DNA of 64,000 bases from assembly GCF_004010195.1 (NCBI RefSeq), contig NC_057719.1, positions 31,525,468 through 31,589,467 on the forward strand, read 5' to 3'. The position numbers and the translations under genes were made by a program. This DNA comes from Chiloscyllium plagiosum (taxonomy: Eukaryota). Position 1 is the stretch's first letter. Each line of letters opens with the position of its first letter. Below the pieces are notes generated by a model. The model saw nothing but the letters and a program-made list of their open reading frames with translations, was not told where the DNA came from and did no database searches. Positions 63,179 through 64,000 of this stretch are shown here, one piece after another.

Positions 63179-64000
63179 AAAATGTTAACTATATTTTTCT
63201 CTCCGCAGATGCTGCCAGACCTGCTGAGTTTCTCCAACATTGTCCATGTGTCGTCCAATGTCTTTTTGACTTTGGTCTGTTGCTGCTCTGCGTGCTTAGA
63301 CATATTTAGCATGGTGCTCACTGAGACTGCATTGCAATTTCAATATCATTTCTGAAGCAGCCAGGTCAACTATTTTTTCTTCCTTTCTCAGCGCCTTGCA
63401 TGTGTCTCTCCTGCTATTTTTCCAAAATTTAAATGATTGTTTCCAATTAATTTTGTATTTTCTGATTTAACTGTAATACCAAAGTCAGATAGTAATGACT
63501 ATTATGTATTGATTTTTTTGCAAGCAAGTTATTTAAATAAACTGTAAAAATTCTGACCTGTCCCATTTAGGATTTAACATGCTTGACATAAATCCACTTC
63601 TTGCACTTGATTTCTGAATTGCTAGTGCTATGTGTTTAATTAATGTTGAATGTTGCAAAATGTCTTTTGAAAGTGCTGATTAGCCAGGTCATAAAACTTT
63701 TCAGTCCACATAGAATCTTACTTCCTGAAAGAGGTGGAGGAGATTGATTTTGCAGAATTTTCATCTTGGGAATTCACCCTGAAATTTTTGTTCCCAATTT
63801 GTTAGTAAAATACCTCGTTTTAAACTCAAATTTAAAATAACTAACAGAATTAAATAAACTATTGCTTTGTATCAAGAGATGCTGAAATATAGAGCAGTGT
63901 GAATATTTAGAACTTTTTAAAAATAAATCAAGCTTTACAGACTATAGCTGGGAAATTCCTCAAATCTGGTCCCAGTCTGTCAGTGTTACTTTGCCAGAAG

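Overview
Vertebrate genomic DNA, very probably from a shark (HE1-type SINEs, dense CR1-clade LINEs). Two multi-exon genes converge tail-to-tail. On + are the last five coding exons of FANCM (9477-34088: MM3 region, ERCC4-like domain, HhH2). On - are ten exons of TPP1/CLN2 (60716 down to 34630), equivalent to human exons 4-13. The two stop codons are only 541 bp apart. As assembled, TPP1 carries two separate inactivating lesions in otherwise well-conserved exons: a 2-bp deletion in exon 8 and a GT>TT splice donor after exon 10. The introns are mostly retroelements: CR1, L1-like, Rex1-like, a Gmr1-type LTR element (integrase before RT), solo LTRs, SINEs and Penelope-derived pieces with minimal hammerhead-ribozyme motifs. 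Other points: FANCM keeps VDxRE/ERK nuclease motifs, four micro-inversions lie inside repeats, and TPP1 intron 10 has a pre-miRNA-shaped hairpin. Family names and human comparisons come from recognition and recall, not database searches; most repeat boundaries are approximate.
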